Assembly: GCA_035084275.1 (NCBI GenBank) | Contig: CM068743.1 | Span: 104,470,001 to 104,534,000, forward strand | Direction of reading: 5' to 3' | DNA from: Hydrolagus colliei | Taxonomy: Eukaryota | Length of the DNA: 64,000 bases | Shown here: one piece after another, positions 1 to 12,554 of the stretch | Layout of the letters: each line of letters begins with the position of its first letter | Numbering within the stretch: position 1 is the first letter of the stretch | The notes under the pieces: generated by a model | Seen by the model: the letters and a program-made list of their open reading frames with translations, nothing else | The model's database searches: none | What the model was told of the DNA's origin: nothing | Translations under genes and position numbers: made by a program

Positions 1-300
1 AGCAAGAGGGATATCAACTGAGTCAGACTCAAGTCCTTACATTTTTAGCTGCAAACACTGACCTGCTTTTAACTCCCCACCCAACCCTCCCTAATTCTGG
101 CCATTTTGCCCTCCTCTCTGGGCATCCTGGGGTCCCATTGACTCATCTCCTACCACCCAACCTTCAAAACCCACCTTTCCAGGCTTTTGCTCATTACTCT
201 CCACCATTCTCCCATGCATATACACACTTTCTCACTTTGCTCTACTTTAGCTCAGACTCCCCCGTAATTCTATGAATCACTTTGATATGTCCTCATGATA

Positions 301-510
301 AATAATAATAATCCTTGCATTTGCGTTTGATATAGCACTTTTCACATCTTCTAGACATCTAAACGCACTTCACAGAATATACTGTAAAGTGAATTGACTA
401 GAAGATGTGAAAAGCGCTATGCCAAATACAAGGATTATTATCATATGTGTGGGCGAAATACGGCAGCCAGTTGCGCACAGCAGTGTCCCACAAACAGTCA
501 TGGATTGAGT
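301..510 (-). mobile_element. SINE 3' half (TGGCTGCCG core plus L2-type tail ending (TTA)n) with a short opposite-strand tail nested at ~399-443
   Basis: aataataatccttgcatttg...cacttcacagaatatactgtaaagtgaattgac...ggcagccagttgcgcacagcagtgtcccacaaac is the reverse complement of the family's 3' half seen many times in the window. Confidence 0.85.
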
Positions 511-1209
511 CTGATGTGAAAGGTGCTATGCAAATATAAAATGGTTGTTGTTACAGAGTACTTTGTTTGTACCTGTAGTCATTTTTCTCCCCAAGGATAG
601 ATCACACATAATGAGTCTAAGGAACGCACTAAACGCCTTATTCCATATTCTATATTTGAATTGGTTCCTAAAATCATTTCCCATTGGAAACATTTTTTAT
701 ACTCTGTGGCAGGGTGAAAGTAATCTTAAAATCTTTATTTTGTGTATAACAAGTACAGATATAGATAGATATCCAAACAATACTTTTAATAGATTTCCTG
801 AAAAAAGGAGTTTTAGATGATCAATAAATCAAATTTATTCAAGGTAAAACATGTCTTGTGTCTGATGACCATGATTTATTGACATTGTGTCACTGGTTAG
901 GATTAAATGTGTTGGAGTTATTTGAGTAAACGCCTGCCGATTTTCCCTCAGCTTTCTGGAAACATGCATTATATGCATTAACAGATGACAAGTGGCAAAT
1001 TCAATGGCAGTACAGAAACACCAACTGAATCAGATAAGATGTAAATTGAGGTGTCACCCTCCTGACGTGAAAGGCGCTATACAAATGTCATTGTTGTTGT
1101 AATTGTTGTTGTTGTCTTGTCTACGGTGTCAGGTGGACTTTTAGATTTCATTGCATTATTCAAAAATATACGTTTTGTTTTCCTGGTGTCTGGCCGAAAC
1201 TCCGCAAGA

Positions 1210-1373
1210 TAAAATTGGTAATTCCCTTAATGGTTGCTTATGGGACTCTGCTGTGTGCAAACTATCTTTCGTGTTCACCTACAAAATAGAGTCACTATAC
1301 TTTTCAGGGAAGCACATTGAGATATTTTCCTGATGTGAAAGGCAATTTATCAAATGCCAGGATTATTATTATC
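1210..1373 (+). mobile_element. SINE 3' fragment
   Basis: tgggactctgctgtgtgcaaa core and gtgaaaggcaatttatcaaatgccaggattattatt tail. Confidence 0.75.
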
Positions 1374-3077
1374 ATAACCTCAGTTGATAATTCCAACATT
1401 CAATCTGGACAGGCTTCACAGAAATAGTCTTGTAAAGAAGGTGATTTCACAGTATTATATCTGTCCATCTCACTAAGTATTCAGATAACAAACACAGTGT
1501 ACCAATGCTGACACAGCCAATCTTAAAGCAATAACTAATTTGACAATTAATAATTAACTAAAAAATGGCCAATTATCATTGATAAATAATGAATAATGCC
1601 AACTTGAATTGATAAATAGCCATAGGAAGTTTTTCCTGGATTTTATGGCAACATTTTACCTTTATATATTTATAGATTAATTCAGATTCAGATTAATTTT
1701 TTTGGTTATCTTTTTTGCTTTTGGTCAGCCAGGTATCTCACTCATATGAAAACCCATCATCATGCTTAAGTGTATCCAAACCAAACTGAGAGCTTCACCT
1801 ATCAATGCCACCTACTCTTGAAATGTCCTTGCGTTTAGAATGGAATACTGTTCCCCTTGGAAGGACGTACCCATACCTGATTTTTGTAAAACATTTTATC
1901 AAAGGATGGAGCATTTTGTTAAAGAATAAAGGAGGATGTATTTCTGCGAGAGGGAAAAATAGGTCAAATTACAAACACATATTTAAGTTGACCAGACTTT
2001 CTTCTACTCTTAGGCTTATCCACATACAATTCACAAGGATCAAAGAACAAAATGAAATCTTAAGGCTAGAGTCACTTGAGTTATGATCATTACTGATAGG
2101 ATTATTGAAGGGGATTGACAGTATCATATTATGTGATCGAAGAAACCCGTGAAAAGTATGACCAGATGTGGTGGTGTCACATTCATCCCAATCCGTATTT
2201 TATCACTATGCATTTAAGGCAGAGCTAAATTATATCTCGTCACATAAGAAGATCAATTGGTTTATCTCCTGTCAGACTTTCCAAACCATTTTGTCTTCAA
2301 AATGAACAAAATATAGTTATTTTTCCTTTCACACCAAACAAGTGCCAACATTTATCACATCCTAATCTGTTCAAAGTTGACAGTGACATCCAAAGCATGG
2401 AATTTCCAGTGGCGTTTGAGTAGTTCTCAATTGCACCAAGCTTCTACTTAATTTAAAAAACACAACCTCCTACCAAGCATGCCAAAACTTTTATTTGAAA
2501 GGCATTTTCCTTTTTTTTCTTCTTCTTTCCTGACAGTGTTAATTTTTGCTGGGCACAGTTTCACAAACATACACAATGCATCAGAAATTCTGTGTGTGTC
2601 TCAGCAGCAACAGCTTACATTTATCTAGCACCTTGTATATTAAAAAAATGAACTGAAACGCCCTGTGGAATAAGGTTAATTAGAAATCAAAAGCCTGAAA
2701 TTCTAACTGTTTCCAGCTTGTAAAGTCACTTGATCTTTAAATTTAAGATTGCGCAGAATTATGAAAAATTCTTGAATCCACTCTTAATCTGTGCCTCTTC
2801 CAGGTTACTTATCATAAAGTAACCATGGGAGGGTCAGAGGATTACTCAAAAATGTCATTTTTTTCAATCTGTCTGTTGTTGTATTTCACAAAATGTTATA
2901 AAGCATTGGCAAGAAAAGCATATTGAACTAGGGTTACAATTGAGAGGCAGGGGGGAGTCTGAGTTTGGTTAGGCTTTGGTTAGACTGGTGGGGTCCATCT
3001 TGTTTGACCACTTCCCTCTTCACTTTTGGTATCGTCAATTGTAGCTACCATTTGAAAATAAAGCCAAGACTTTTTTA

Positions 3078-5207
3078 CTCTTCAACTCTCTCATCTCCCT
3101 TAAATCCAGGTCTATCTCCAAACCCACCCGCTCCCCCTGGTACCACACCCATCTCTGCACCTTTCAATCCCAAATCCGGTTGCTTGAACTCAGGTGGCAG
3201 AAAACCGGTCTCAAGATTCACCACCAACTGTGGCTCAAGCATCTCTACAGCTACCGCCGTTCTTTGTCACACGCAAAAACGGCTTACTATTCCAACATCA
3301 TCCTGGAGGTAAATAACAACCCTAAAGTCCTCTTTTCCACCACCCACCACCTCCTCCATGCCCCCCCTCAAGCATCCTCAATCTTCACTTCAAATGCGAA
3401 GTGCGAGGAGGTCATGGACTTATTCTCCTCCAAAATCCACAATATCCACCAGGCAGCGTCATCTTCCTTCCTCTTGTCACCCACTACCACCCCCACTCCA
3501 TCCCCCTCACCCTCCCCATCATCAGCTCCTACCTCGACCCCTTCCTACACTCCTTCTCCTCTCTCTCTCTCAAGCACTCTCACCTCCATGAAGCCAACCA
3601 TCTGCTGCCTCGACCCCATCCCCACCAACCTACTGCTCACCCAGCTCCCACTCCTCTGCCCACTGCTGGCTGATATCATCAACGAGTCCCTCTCCACAGG
3701 ATCAGTCCCTGCCCCCCTCAAAACTGCTGCCAGCAGCCCCCTCCTTAAAAAACCTTCCCTAGATCCCTCAAACCCTAGCCACTACTGCCCTATTTCAAAC
3801 CTACCCTTCCGTTCAAAAGCACTGGAACAAGTTGTTGCAAACCAACTGCGTGCCCACCTCTCCTCCCACTCCCTCTTCGAACCCCTCCAGTCCGGTTTCC
3901 ACCCTACCTACAGTACAGATACTGTGCTTGTGAAAGTCACAAACAACATCCTCTCTATCTGCAACAAGGGCTCCCTCTGCCTCCTTATCCTCCTGGACCT
4001 GTCTGCTGCATTCAACACAGTCGACCATGCCTCCTAATGCTCCTCGTCCACCACCTGTCCTCCGTCATCCAACTCAGTGGGACCGCACTCGCCTAGTTTG
4101 AGTCCTACCTCACAAACCACCAGCAGTACATCTCCACAAACGACTTTTCCTCCCGATCTCACCTGGTTACCTGTGGGTTACCCCAGGGATCCATCATTGG
4201 CCCCCTCCTCTTCCTCATCTACACGCTCCCTCTTGGGGATGTCATCTGCAGACATGGCACACATTTCCACATATATGCAGATGACACTCAACTCTATTTC
4301 TCCACTTCACTTTGCGACCTCCAGTCCCCTAATGTTCTGTCAGCCTGTCTGTCAGACATTAGGAGCTGGATGAGCGCAAATTTCTTGCAACTGAATGCTG
4401 ACAAGACGGAGGTCATACTCTTTGGCTCTCATCAACATCTCCATTCACACGGCTCTCACCTCCTCCACCTTCCCAGTCTGCCCATAAAACTCTCCGAACC
4501 TGTGCGCAACCTAGGTGTCAGGTTCGACTCCCAACCGTCCTTCCTCCCTCACATCCGGTCCCTCACCAGCACCGCCCTTTTCTACCTCCGACGGATCGCC
4601 CGTCTCCGCCAATATCTCACCCCAAAAGCCGCTGAAACCCTGGTCCACGCCTTTGTCACTTCTCGGCTGGACTATTCGCCGGTCTCACCTCCTCCACAGT
4701 CCACAGAATCATTCAGAACTCTGCTGCCCGCGTTCTCACCCGCATCAAACTTCGCTCCCCCATTACCCCAGTCCTTGCCAGACTTCACTGGCTCCCTGTC
4801 CCAGAGAGGATCGACTTGAAAATCCTCACCCTTGTCTTCAAATCCTTCTGCTCCTCTGCACCCCACTACCTCTCTGACCTCCTCTCTCCTCAAACCAGCA
4901 AACGTTGCCTTCGATCAACTGGGTCTGGCCGCCTCCATGTCCCTGAATTCTCCACTCCACCCTTGGCGACCGTGCCTTCAGCCACTATGTTCCGAGGTTC
5001 TGGAATTCCCTTCCTCACTACCTTCACTTCGCCCCCTCTCTTCCCAGCTTCACATCCCAACTGAAGACCTTTCTCTTCGACCGCGCCTTTGGTCACCGTT
5101 CTACCCCTGCCCCTGGCTCGGTCTAGGGATCCGCTATTGTGAAGCGCTCTGAGATGCCGATTTATAATAGCGTGGAGGGCGCTATTATAAATCAAAGTTG
5201 TTGTTGT
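3078..5207 (+). mobile_element. 5'-truncated L2-clade LINE (ORF2 linker, RT and C-terminus, 3' UTR); disabled by stops and frameshifts
   Basis: Translations give SPWY..., CCLDPIPT, PLLKKPSLDP...YCPISNLPF, QSGF...STDTVL, LDLSAAFNTVDH, GLPQGSIIGPLLF, YADD (4274-4285), LQLNADKTE, VRNLGVRFD, LVHAFVTSRLDY; ends agcgctct...agggcgctattataaatcaaag(ttg)n. Confidence 0.96.
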
Positions 5208-5654
5208 ACTTTTGTTTCATAAAAGTCGATTTTCCAGCACACCCAAAATTCCTGACTCTGGCCTCAAGGTCACCTAGCAGCTCATTGAGGAACTCCAGCA
5301 CTTCGTTGTTAATTCGACCGGTCTTCCCTAATGCTCAATGTGTGTTTTTTTGGTCAAAGAAAGTTAACACAAAACCAAAGAACCTTTTCCCAGGAGGGCT
5401 CTTTGAGGCTCCCAACCTTCTGTCATGAATACAAGTGGTTAGTCAAAGCAAGGTTATCAGAAAGGCATTCGGTAGCAATATCTACCATTTGTAGGCAATT
5501 AACAACAACCAGAGTAATTTGTAATTTGCTTCCCCACTAAACAGCAATTTGCAAGTTAGCAAAGTTTCTCCATGAATAACACACGTGCACTGATAAATTA
5601 CAGTGGCAATTCCAGACAAATGGTAAACTTGTACGGGTATCCCTCCCCAACTGC

Positions 5655-5860
5655 GAAGAGAAGGTGAAGTAGAGAGAAAGTGAGAGAGATAAGGGGGGGT
5701 GGGGGAAAGAGAAGGTGAAATAGAGAGAAGGTGAGAGAGAGACTTTTCTAAAGTCCGAGATGCAGTCTCAGAGAGAGAGAAATAGAGAGATCACTCTTCA
5801 GCCTGAGATACAGAGAGAAAGACTTCTACAGCCTATGATACACTTACAGATAGAGAGAGA
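5655..5860. repeat. GA-rich degenerate microsatellite / low complexity
   Basis: Runs of gagagaga with repeated gagaaggtgaa and cagcct-gataca units. Confidence 0.8.
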
Positions 5861-5869
5861 TCTGCAGTT

Positions 5870-6516
5870 CCTGGCAGCCAATGTTCCCAAACTTACTAGC
5901 TAGGCTGCGGAGAAACGACAATAAATTCCTGTCACTGTATTTACCTTAATCCTAAGAGAGAAGCGTTGTCGCTGGTTGATTGCAACATCGCAACTGGGTC
6001 TTAGCGCTATACACTAGTGCGAAGCGGCATCGTGGCTGGTTGATGCTACTGGGTCCTAGCGCTAAACGCTAGTGTTAGTGTTAAAACCCGTGGATAAGCA
6101 GGGGTTATAAGCCATGATTTGCAAGAGTTGTCGCATTTAGCAAACCGTGGATGCGTGAGTTTCGCGGTTGACGAGGCCGTGGTTGGGGCGGGATACCTGT
6201 ATTTGCTAAAGTTCCCCACTCGGTGTGCACATCCATAAAAATTATACCAACAAGAATACGTGCATGAGCTATGATCAGCTATCATTGGTAAAGCTGTTGT
6301 TCCTATGTGAGCTGTTTAGATTAAGCAGTTTTTCTGCACATCATAAATTTTATATAACTTCTTTTTAACTATACATTTACAGCTGTCTTTATTTCACTTC
6401 ATGTGCCAGGAAAGACATCTTTAAACTACCATCAGACAGGGAGGGAGGTTGAAATACTTAAACCACTTCAGCTGAAAGAAAACCCCCACTGCATATAATA
6501 GGTCGGAAAGGGTTAA
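5870..6516. other. CpG-rich block of unclear origin (DNA-transposon relic or regulatory element)
   Basis: About 20 CpGs within 5900-6270 against a CpG-poor background, internal direct and inverted repeats, GGGGCGGG at ~6185, and a piggyBac-like end ...ggaaagggTTAA at 6516. Confidence 0.35.
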
Positions 6517-7544
6517 ATTAAGGTGTCAAATTCAAAACTTTTGCTCAACCCTAATTACATGTTCGCAGATCTCAGTTCAATGCCCTTGATTCTTCCTTTC
6601 ACATCTCTGTGCCTTTGGCTCTGCATGACACACCGAATTGTTTGTCAAAGTTGCTCACTGGGGATATGAAGGTTTTGTTTTTTAATTGGCTCTTGGCTTG
6701 TCTAATGGAAGCATCCTAAGAGCATTCCAACTTGAACTACTGCCACAACACCCTTCTAATCGATGGCTTGTCTTCCACAGTTACCTGTCCTGACATTCAT
6801 CACGGAGCCCGTATGACTCTTATAGAATGAACCTCACCACAGTGCTGCAACCACATAGGAAAGACTTTTGAACTTCAATTTCCACATGTGTGTCACCTCC
6901 TACTGCTTCACAGTGTTTGCCCACAATTACCCACAGAAACGCCACTTTATACAGTATATTCTGTGAAGAGCTTTGAGATGTCCTTCCGACATGAAAAGTG
7001 CTTCAGCAAATCTAATGATTATTATTATTATATAAACAAGTCATTTTCCTTTGTAACGTTTTATTTTTCAAAGTGTTTTGAGAGACTTATTCTATCCCAA
7101 AGATACTGTACAGATGCAAGTTATTATTCAGTGCAGTTCTCAATCCCCCGAGCTAATGAAATGATTGTTAGAAAGTGATGTTTTCTGTGACTAAACACGT
7201 GAGAAAACTGAATAGGAGTAATAATAGTTAATAGATACCAGTTAGTTTTAAATTTGCTGTATAACATGAAAAGTGATGGCATTTGTAATACATGCTCAAT
7301 TTGTGAAAGATTATTGCATATTTTAACATGCATTTCTTTCCCAGAAGTACTTAAGAGTTTCCCTCCATGCATGGCCTTGAATGTTAATATAGGCTGATGT
7401 CTGGAAAGAATAAACAATTCAGCCAATGCATCAGGGATACCAAAAGATATCCATAGGGTTCAACTCAGTTGGTAGCACTCTGGCCTCTGAGTCAGAAGGC
7501 TAAGGTTCATGGGGTTTATGTCCCCATGTCAGTGTTTCATGCCT

Positions 7545-7905
7545 CACTCTAGTGTTTAAATCCCTCCACTCCTCTGCACCCCCTATCTCTCCAACCTACT
7601 CTCTTCTCACAGCAGTACCCATTGCCTCCGTCTCCTGGCTCCGGTCTCCCCCTTGTCTCTCAAATCCTTTGCTCCACCATCGGAAGCTATGCCTTCAGCC
7701 ACTAGACCCCCAAACTATGGAAATAAATCCATAGTTTGGGGGTCTAGTGTCTCCCTCAATCCCTTTACTTTGCCCCCTCTTTTCCCATTTCAGTTTGCGC
7801 CTGTGGTCGCCTTTCTCCTCCCCCTGGCTCGACATGGTCCCCACCATTGTTAAGCGCTTGGGATGCCATCCTGCATGGGGTGCTATAAAATTGCAAGTTA
7901 TTGTT
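7545..7905 (+). mobile_element. L2 3' fragment
   Basis: LVFKSLHSSAPP-like C-terminal remnant; tail aagcgcttgggatgcc...gtgctataaaattgcaagttattgttg. Confidence 0.8.
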
Positions 7906-8264
7906 GCACCACAGAGTGATGCAAGTTTATTGATGGAGCATCAACCAAAAACATTTATCTCTTTTAGGTGCTGATACACATTCTGTGTATTTCCAGGTAT
8001 TGGGGTAAAAATTACAACCAGTTAATTAAGGCTGGTAATAATTGTCATACTGTTCAAAAACTTTAGCCAATTTATAGCTAAAGACTGATCCTTGAGAGAG
8101 ACCCTCCTCTTCCACCTCCATCACAAGTTTTGATCCCAAAGTGGTCTATTGAGTCCTCAGTAACAGGATATCAACTTAACTCAACAAAAAACAATCAGTG
8201 TAAGAACTGGTAACCTGTGAGCCAGGATTTCACTCCCACTTCTAATGAAAATAGTAATCCAAAA

Positions 8265-8660
8265 TATATAATCCTTGCATTTCATATATTCAGTCTGAAG
8301 TATATCTCAAAGAGCTTCACAGGATTTACTGTGAAGTGCAGTAATTGTGTATTTGTAAGTGAATGCAGCAGCCAATTCACACAACAATTTCTGTAACCAC
8401 CATGAAGTGAATGACCATTTTTTTAAAGGACATATTGTTGGCCATGACACTGGGAGAAATGTCATTCTCTTTTTGAACAGTATCAAGTGATCTTTAACGT
8501 TTAATCTGAAATGCCTCATTCAGAAGGAACAGCACCTTCAACAATGCAGCACTACCCCAGCTCTGAATTGTCAGCCTAGACAATACGCTCAAAGGCCTGA
8601 TGTGAAGCTTAAACCAACAGTCTTCTGTCTCAGGAGTGTTATATCAGAGCCAGGCTGTCA
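8265..8660 (-). mobile_element. DeuSINE (SacSINE1-like), old copy
   Basis: Reverse strand reads tRNA-like head, Deu-type body (ttggccatgacactgggagaa on +) and (TTA)n tail. Confidence 0.75.
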
Positions 8661-8664
8661 CACT

Positions 8665-9066
8665 AATAATAACCATACCCTTTATATTGGGTGGACATCT
8701 CAAGGTGAAAAGTGTAGTGAATGTTTATTTGGTAGGCAAGTGTGGCAGTCAGGTTCTCACAAGGCAATATTCTACAAATAGCCATGAAGTGAATGACCAG
8801 TTTTATTTGGAAGACTGTTGGTCACAAGTCCAGGGAACACTCCCTTCTCCTTTTGAATAGTGCTATGGGATCTTCAATGTCCATCTGAACAGGCAGATTG
8901 GACCTCAATTTAAAGGTCTCATCTGAAAAACAAGACCTCAACAATGCACCTCATCCCTAGCAGTGCAAGGGCAGCCTAGACTGTGACTTCAAAGGCTCAA
9001 TATGGGACTTGAACATACAATCTTCAGACTGAGAGGCGAGAGTGCTACCAAATGAGTCAAGCTGAC
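8665..9066 (-). mobile_element. DeuSINE (SacSINE1-like)
   Basis: gaatagtgctatgggatcttcaatgtccatctgaacaggcag...tgggacttgaac...gagagtgctaccaaatgagtcaagc is the reverse complement of the Deu domain and the A/B-box tRNA head. Confidence 0.85.
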
Positions 9067-10003
9067 TATCTTTGCCCAAATCGTTGTCATTAAAGTGTGT
9101 GCCTTAAACAATCTCACTGCTTCACAGCTGTGGACCAGTGTGAAATTGGGGTTGATTTATCGTAAACTGTGTCTCATTTAGCTAGGCGTGGTTCTTACTG
9201 CAGATTCAAGGTTAATCACTAAACCAATATTATTTTCAAAATAATTTACCATTGATTTGTATCATTCATTTCAGATTTTCAACATCAGAAAATGTAAATC
9301 ACATTGATAAGATTTTTGGGGGCAATTTAAGGACATTCAATGTATGACTAAAGAACAGAGAATATCCTTTGCAACATCAGGTTCAGAAGATTCATCGCAA
9401 GTTTTAAGGAGAAGTATGTGGCGCTCACAGGTTCATTACTATTCAGTGCTCGTGTGGTTTACAGTGGAGTCCATGACTTGCATAAATATCTTATCACACG
9501 TCAGTTATTCCAAGGTTACATGGGATACACAGTTGTAACATTTTGCTTGGGTAACCTGTAATGCCCTTCAGAAAGTTATTATGCAGCTTCATGACTGTAA
9601 TGTATGCACTGGAGTTATTTTTGCAAAGCTGTAGAATGTTATTTGCACAATGAAAATAATGGAGAAATGTCAGCACATTTATTCCTGAAAAAATTCTTTT
9701 ATCAAAATACACCAGGGTGAAAAATTTAATGTTTCATAATAGACTCAATGTAACCAGATTAAATGCATTCTGAAGTACTGTATTGCATTTTCACCTCAAT
9801 ATTTAATAATAGTACTCCTTACATTTGTTTCGGTGCCTTTTAACATCTCAAAGTACTTCAGAGGATTTACTTTGAAGTAAAGTGACTATGTATTTGTAAG
9901 AGAACATGGCAGTGAATTTGTGCACAGCAATCACCCATAAACATTGTAACACATATTTAACAAAAATACTTACTGGTAGTTCCAGATTTAGGTATTTTAT
10001 TCC

Positions 10004-10416
10004 ACAACAACAACAACAACAACAAAACTTACATTTATATAGCGCCTTTCACGTCGAGAGGACATCCCAAGGCGCTGTACAGTCAGGTAGGATAAGAGTA
10101 GGGTGGGAAGGATCAGGGCAGGATAAAGCATAGTAGGAAAAGTAACTGTATTAGTGGGCGAAACGCGGCAGCCAAATTGCACACAGCAGTGTCCCACAAT
10201 CAGTCACGGAAGTGGGACTAGGGGCAAAAGGGGGTAAAGAAGCAAAAGGGGAGGGGTCGAGGCAGGGGGAAGAAAAGCAGGAAAGTCGACTGTATACTTG
10301 TGGGCGAAACGCGGCAGCCAAATTGCGCACAGCAGTGTCCCCACAAACAATCGCGAAAATGGGGCCAGGGGAGAAAGGGGGAAAAGAGGGTAAGGGGGGA
10401 GAGGGAGGGAAAAGGT
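10004..10416 (-). mobile_element. Young L2-tailed retroposon with duplicated SINE core (copy A)
   Basis: About 95% identical by eye to the reverse complement of 56078-56476; two gtgggcgaaacgcggcagccaaattgc(a/g)cacagcagtgtccc cores; (caa)n tail. Confidence 0.9.
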
Positions 10417-10442
10417 AAAGCAGAATAATATACAGTATACCA

Positions 10443-10794
10443 TAGTGTCAGATGATATGGAATTTTTCCGATATCGATATATCGGTGGGGTCATATCAAT
10501 ATATACCGATATATCGATATCACCGGGTTTTTTTATCCTGTGTATGCTGGGGCATTCGGATGTGCGCATGCATTCTGATATGCGTGCTCTACGCCCAGGA
10601 GGATTGCAATGCCGGCGACAAGGTATGTTGAAAAAGTTTGTATTACACCGATACAACCGATATATCGATATATCGCCACTATATATATACCAATGTTTTG
10701 TGATATACCGATATATTCAAATTTCCAATATCGGCATATCGATATGAAAAATTATACCGATATAACCGATATATCGATATATTGATGGACACTA
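10443..10794. mobile_element. hAT-type MITE (copy 1)
   Basis: Termini TAGTGTC...GACACTA; perfect 8-bp TSD GTATACCA (10435-10442 and 10795-10802); many subterminal CGATAT/ATATCG repeats. Confidence 0.9.
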
Positions 10795-10849
10795 GTATAC
10801 CAATAACATATACCAAACTGCATTGCTGCTAAGATGCGTTCATTGTAAG

Positions 10850-11200
10850 TGTCAGCTAAATTGATAGCTCTCTGGTCTATGAGTCGAAAGGTTGTGGGTT
10901 CAAGCCCCACATTGGGACTTACAACTCATCACCCAAGGCGGGGGTACAAAGCAACATTGCATTGTCAAGTGCCACATATTGGATGAGACATTAAACTAAG
11001 GACATGTCTGCCTGTTGATGTAGATGTTAAAGATCCAAGGCTCTATTCTAAAAAAGAAGGGAGTTTCTCTCAGTATCCTGGCCAACAAACCCACAGATAA
11101 AATTGATCATTTGTCTCATGAGTATTGGTGGGTCATTGCTCGGAAGCATATACCCAGTCTCTACACTTCATTGTAAAATCCCATGAAGCATTTTGGGAGG
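10850..11200 (+). mobile_element. DeuSINE (SacSINE1-like)
   Basis: aaggttgtgggttcaagccccac B box; ggatgagacattaaac...aaagatcc...cctggccaac Deu domain. Confidence 0.8.
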
Positions 11201-12554
11201 TCACATTAAAGCTAAGGGTCATTTTTTTTTGTGTGTGTATATATATAATTGTTAATTAAAATATTTCTAATGTGTATATACTATATGTTTGATCTTCTGC
11301 AAGACATTATTGTAGTAAAGCTAGCTTCAGAGATCCTGTTTAGGCATTGATACACATCAGAATTTAAAGAGGTTGAAAGAAAATGATCTTACTCATTTTA
11401 GCATAATATCTTCATAAAGCCATTACAAAAAATTCAGCAAAGAACACGTAGGTGATACTGGGAATCTGGGATGATTCTAAATTATGAAGAATGATTGATG
11501 AAACTGAACATTAGTGGTAATTGGGAGAAATTGGGAGAAAGGACTTAAGAGCACAACAACAAAATTACATTTATGTAGCTTCAGAAGGATGTCCCAAACT
11601 CAAGTTCCTATGACTATGGGGCTCCTAGAGGTGGGAAGGTATTGTGTATGCCAGGGACATTAGGGAAGGGGCGGGAACCTATTTCCAGTAAGAATAAACC
11701 TCTATTCCAGAATCAAAATTGTATCTATCTTTACCAATAAAAAATTTGAATTTTAGAACAACTTATGCAGTTGTATAAGTTGGAACAGTTGTACAACTTA
11801 GAACATTTACGCAGCACCCTTCATGTGTGGCAGCATGTCAAGGTCTTAACAATGAACATAGTACAGCCTTAAAAACAGTTAACATTTCAAAGCAGTTTTC
11901 CCCCATTTGTTAACAGAAGCAGCTGTTAGATTAGATTTAATTTAAAATATTTGTCATAATTCTGTGTGATCTTAAATTTTAAGGCCAAATAATGTTCCCT
12001 GATATAAATACCTGAAGGATACGTAAGACAAATCTCTGCAGCACTTTGCTTTGGTGGCTTTGTTTGTCCTTCCAAAAGGCATTGCCCAACTACTTCACTG
12101 TAACATGTGCAACAGGGTTATTATTTTTTCCAGCTATTTGAAATAAATTTAAATATTCACTAACAACTATTCAAGTGAAACATTCATATTCATTGAATCT
12201 AAGCTGCAACAGCATATATAAGTCAGAGAGGACATATTATCAGCTGTGACCTGCATACAGCAATTAATGGGAGAAATGGGTAAAAGGAAATCGAGGCAAA
12301 TAAATATTATGGGGATTGTTCCTGATGCAGATCCCACAGTGGGTTAGCCATTATTAAGAATCACGGTGTACTTAACATACCAGTGACCGAGCAAAGGTTC
12401 AAAAGTTTGTCTGTTGGCCAACTTTATTCTTCAAGCCATCCATTCCATCCAGGAAGCAAATGTCCAATTTGTTGCTAGTTTGAAATAGGCGATGTTTCAC
12501 AATAAATATTTAGTGAAGATTTGCCATCAATTTCACCCCATTGGGTTGTGTTAG

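Noticed and set aside
7968-7997. Possible ~29-nt micro-exon (ttttag|GTGCTG...CCAG|gtattg)
   Set aside because: Such site pairs arise by chance in 64 kb; no supporting frame or conservation
10455-10785. CRISPR-like look of the recurring CGATAT motifs
   Set aside because: Irregular short motifs inside a TIR/TSD-bounded element in eukaryotic DNA; no repeat-spacer periodicity
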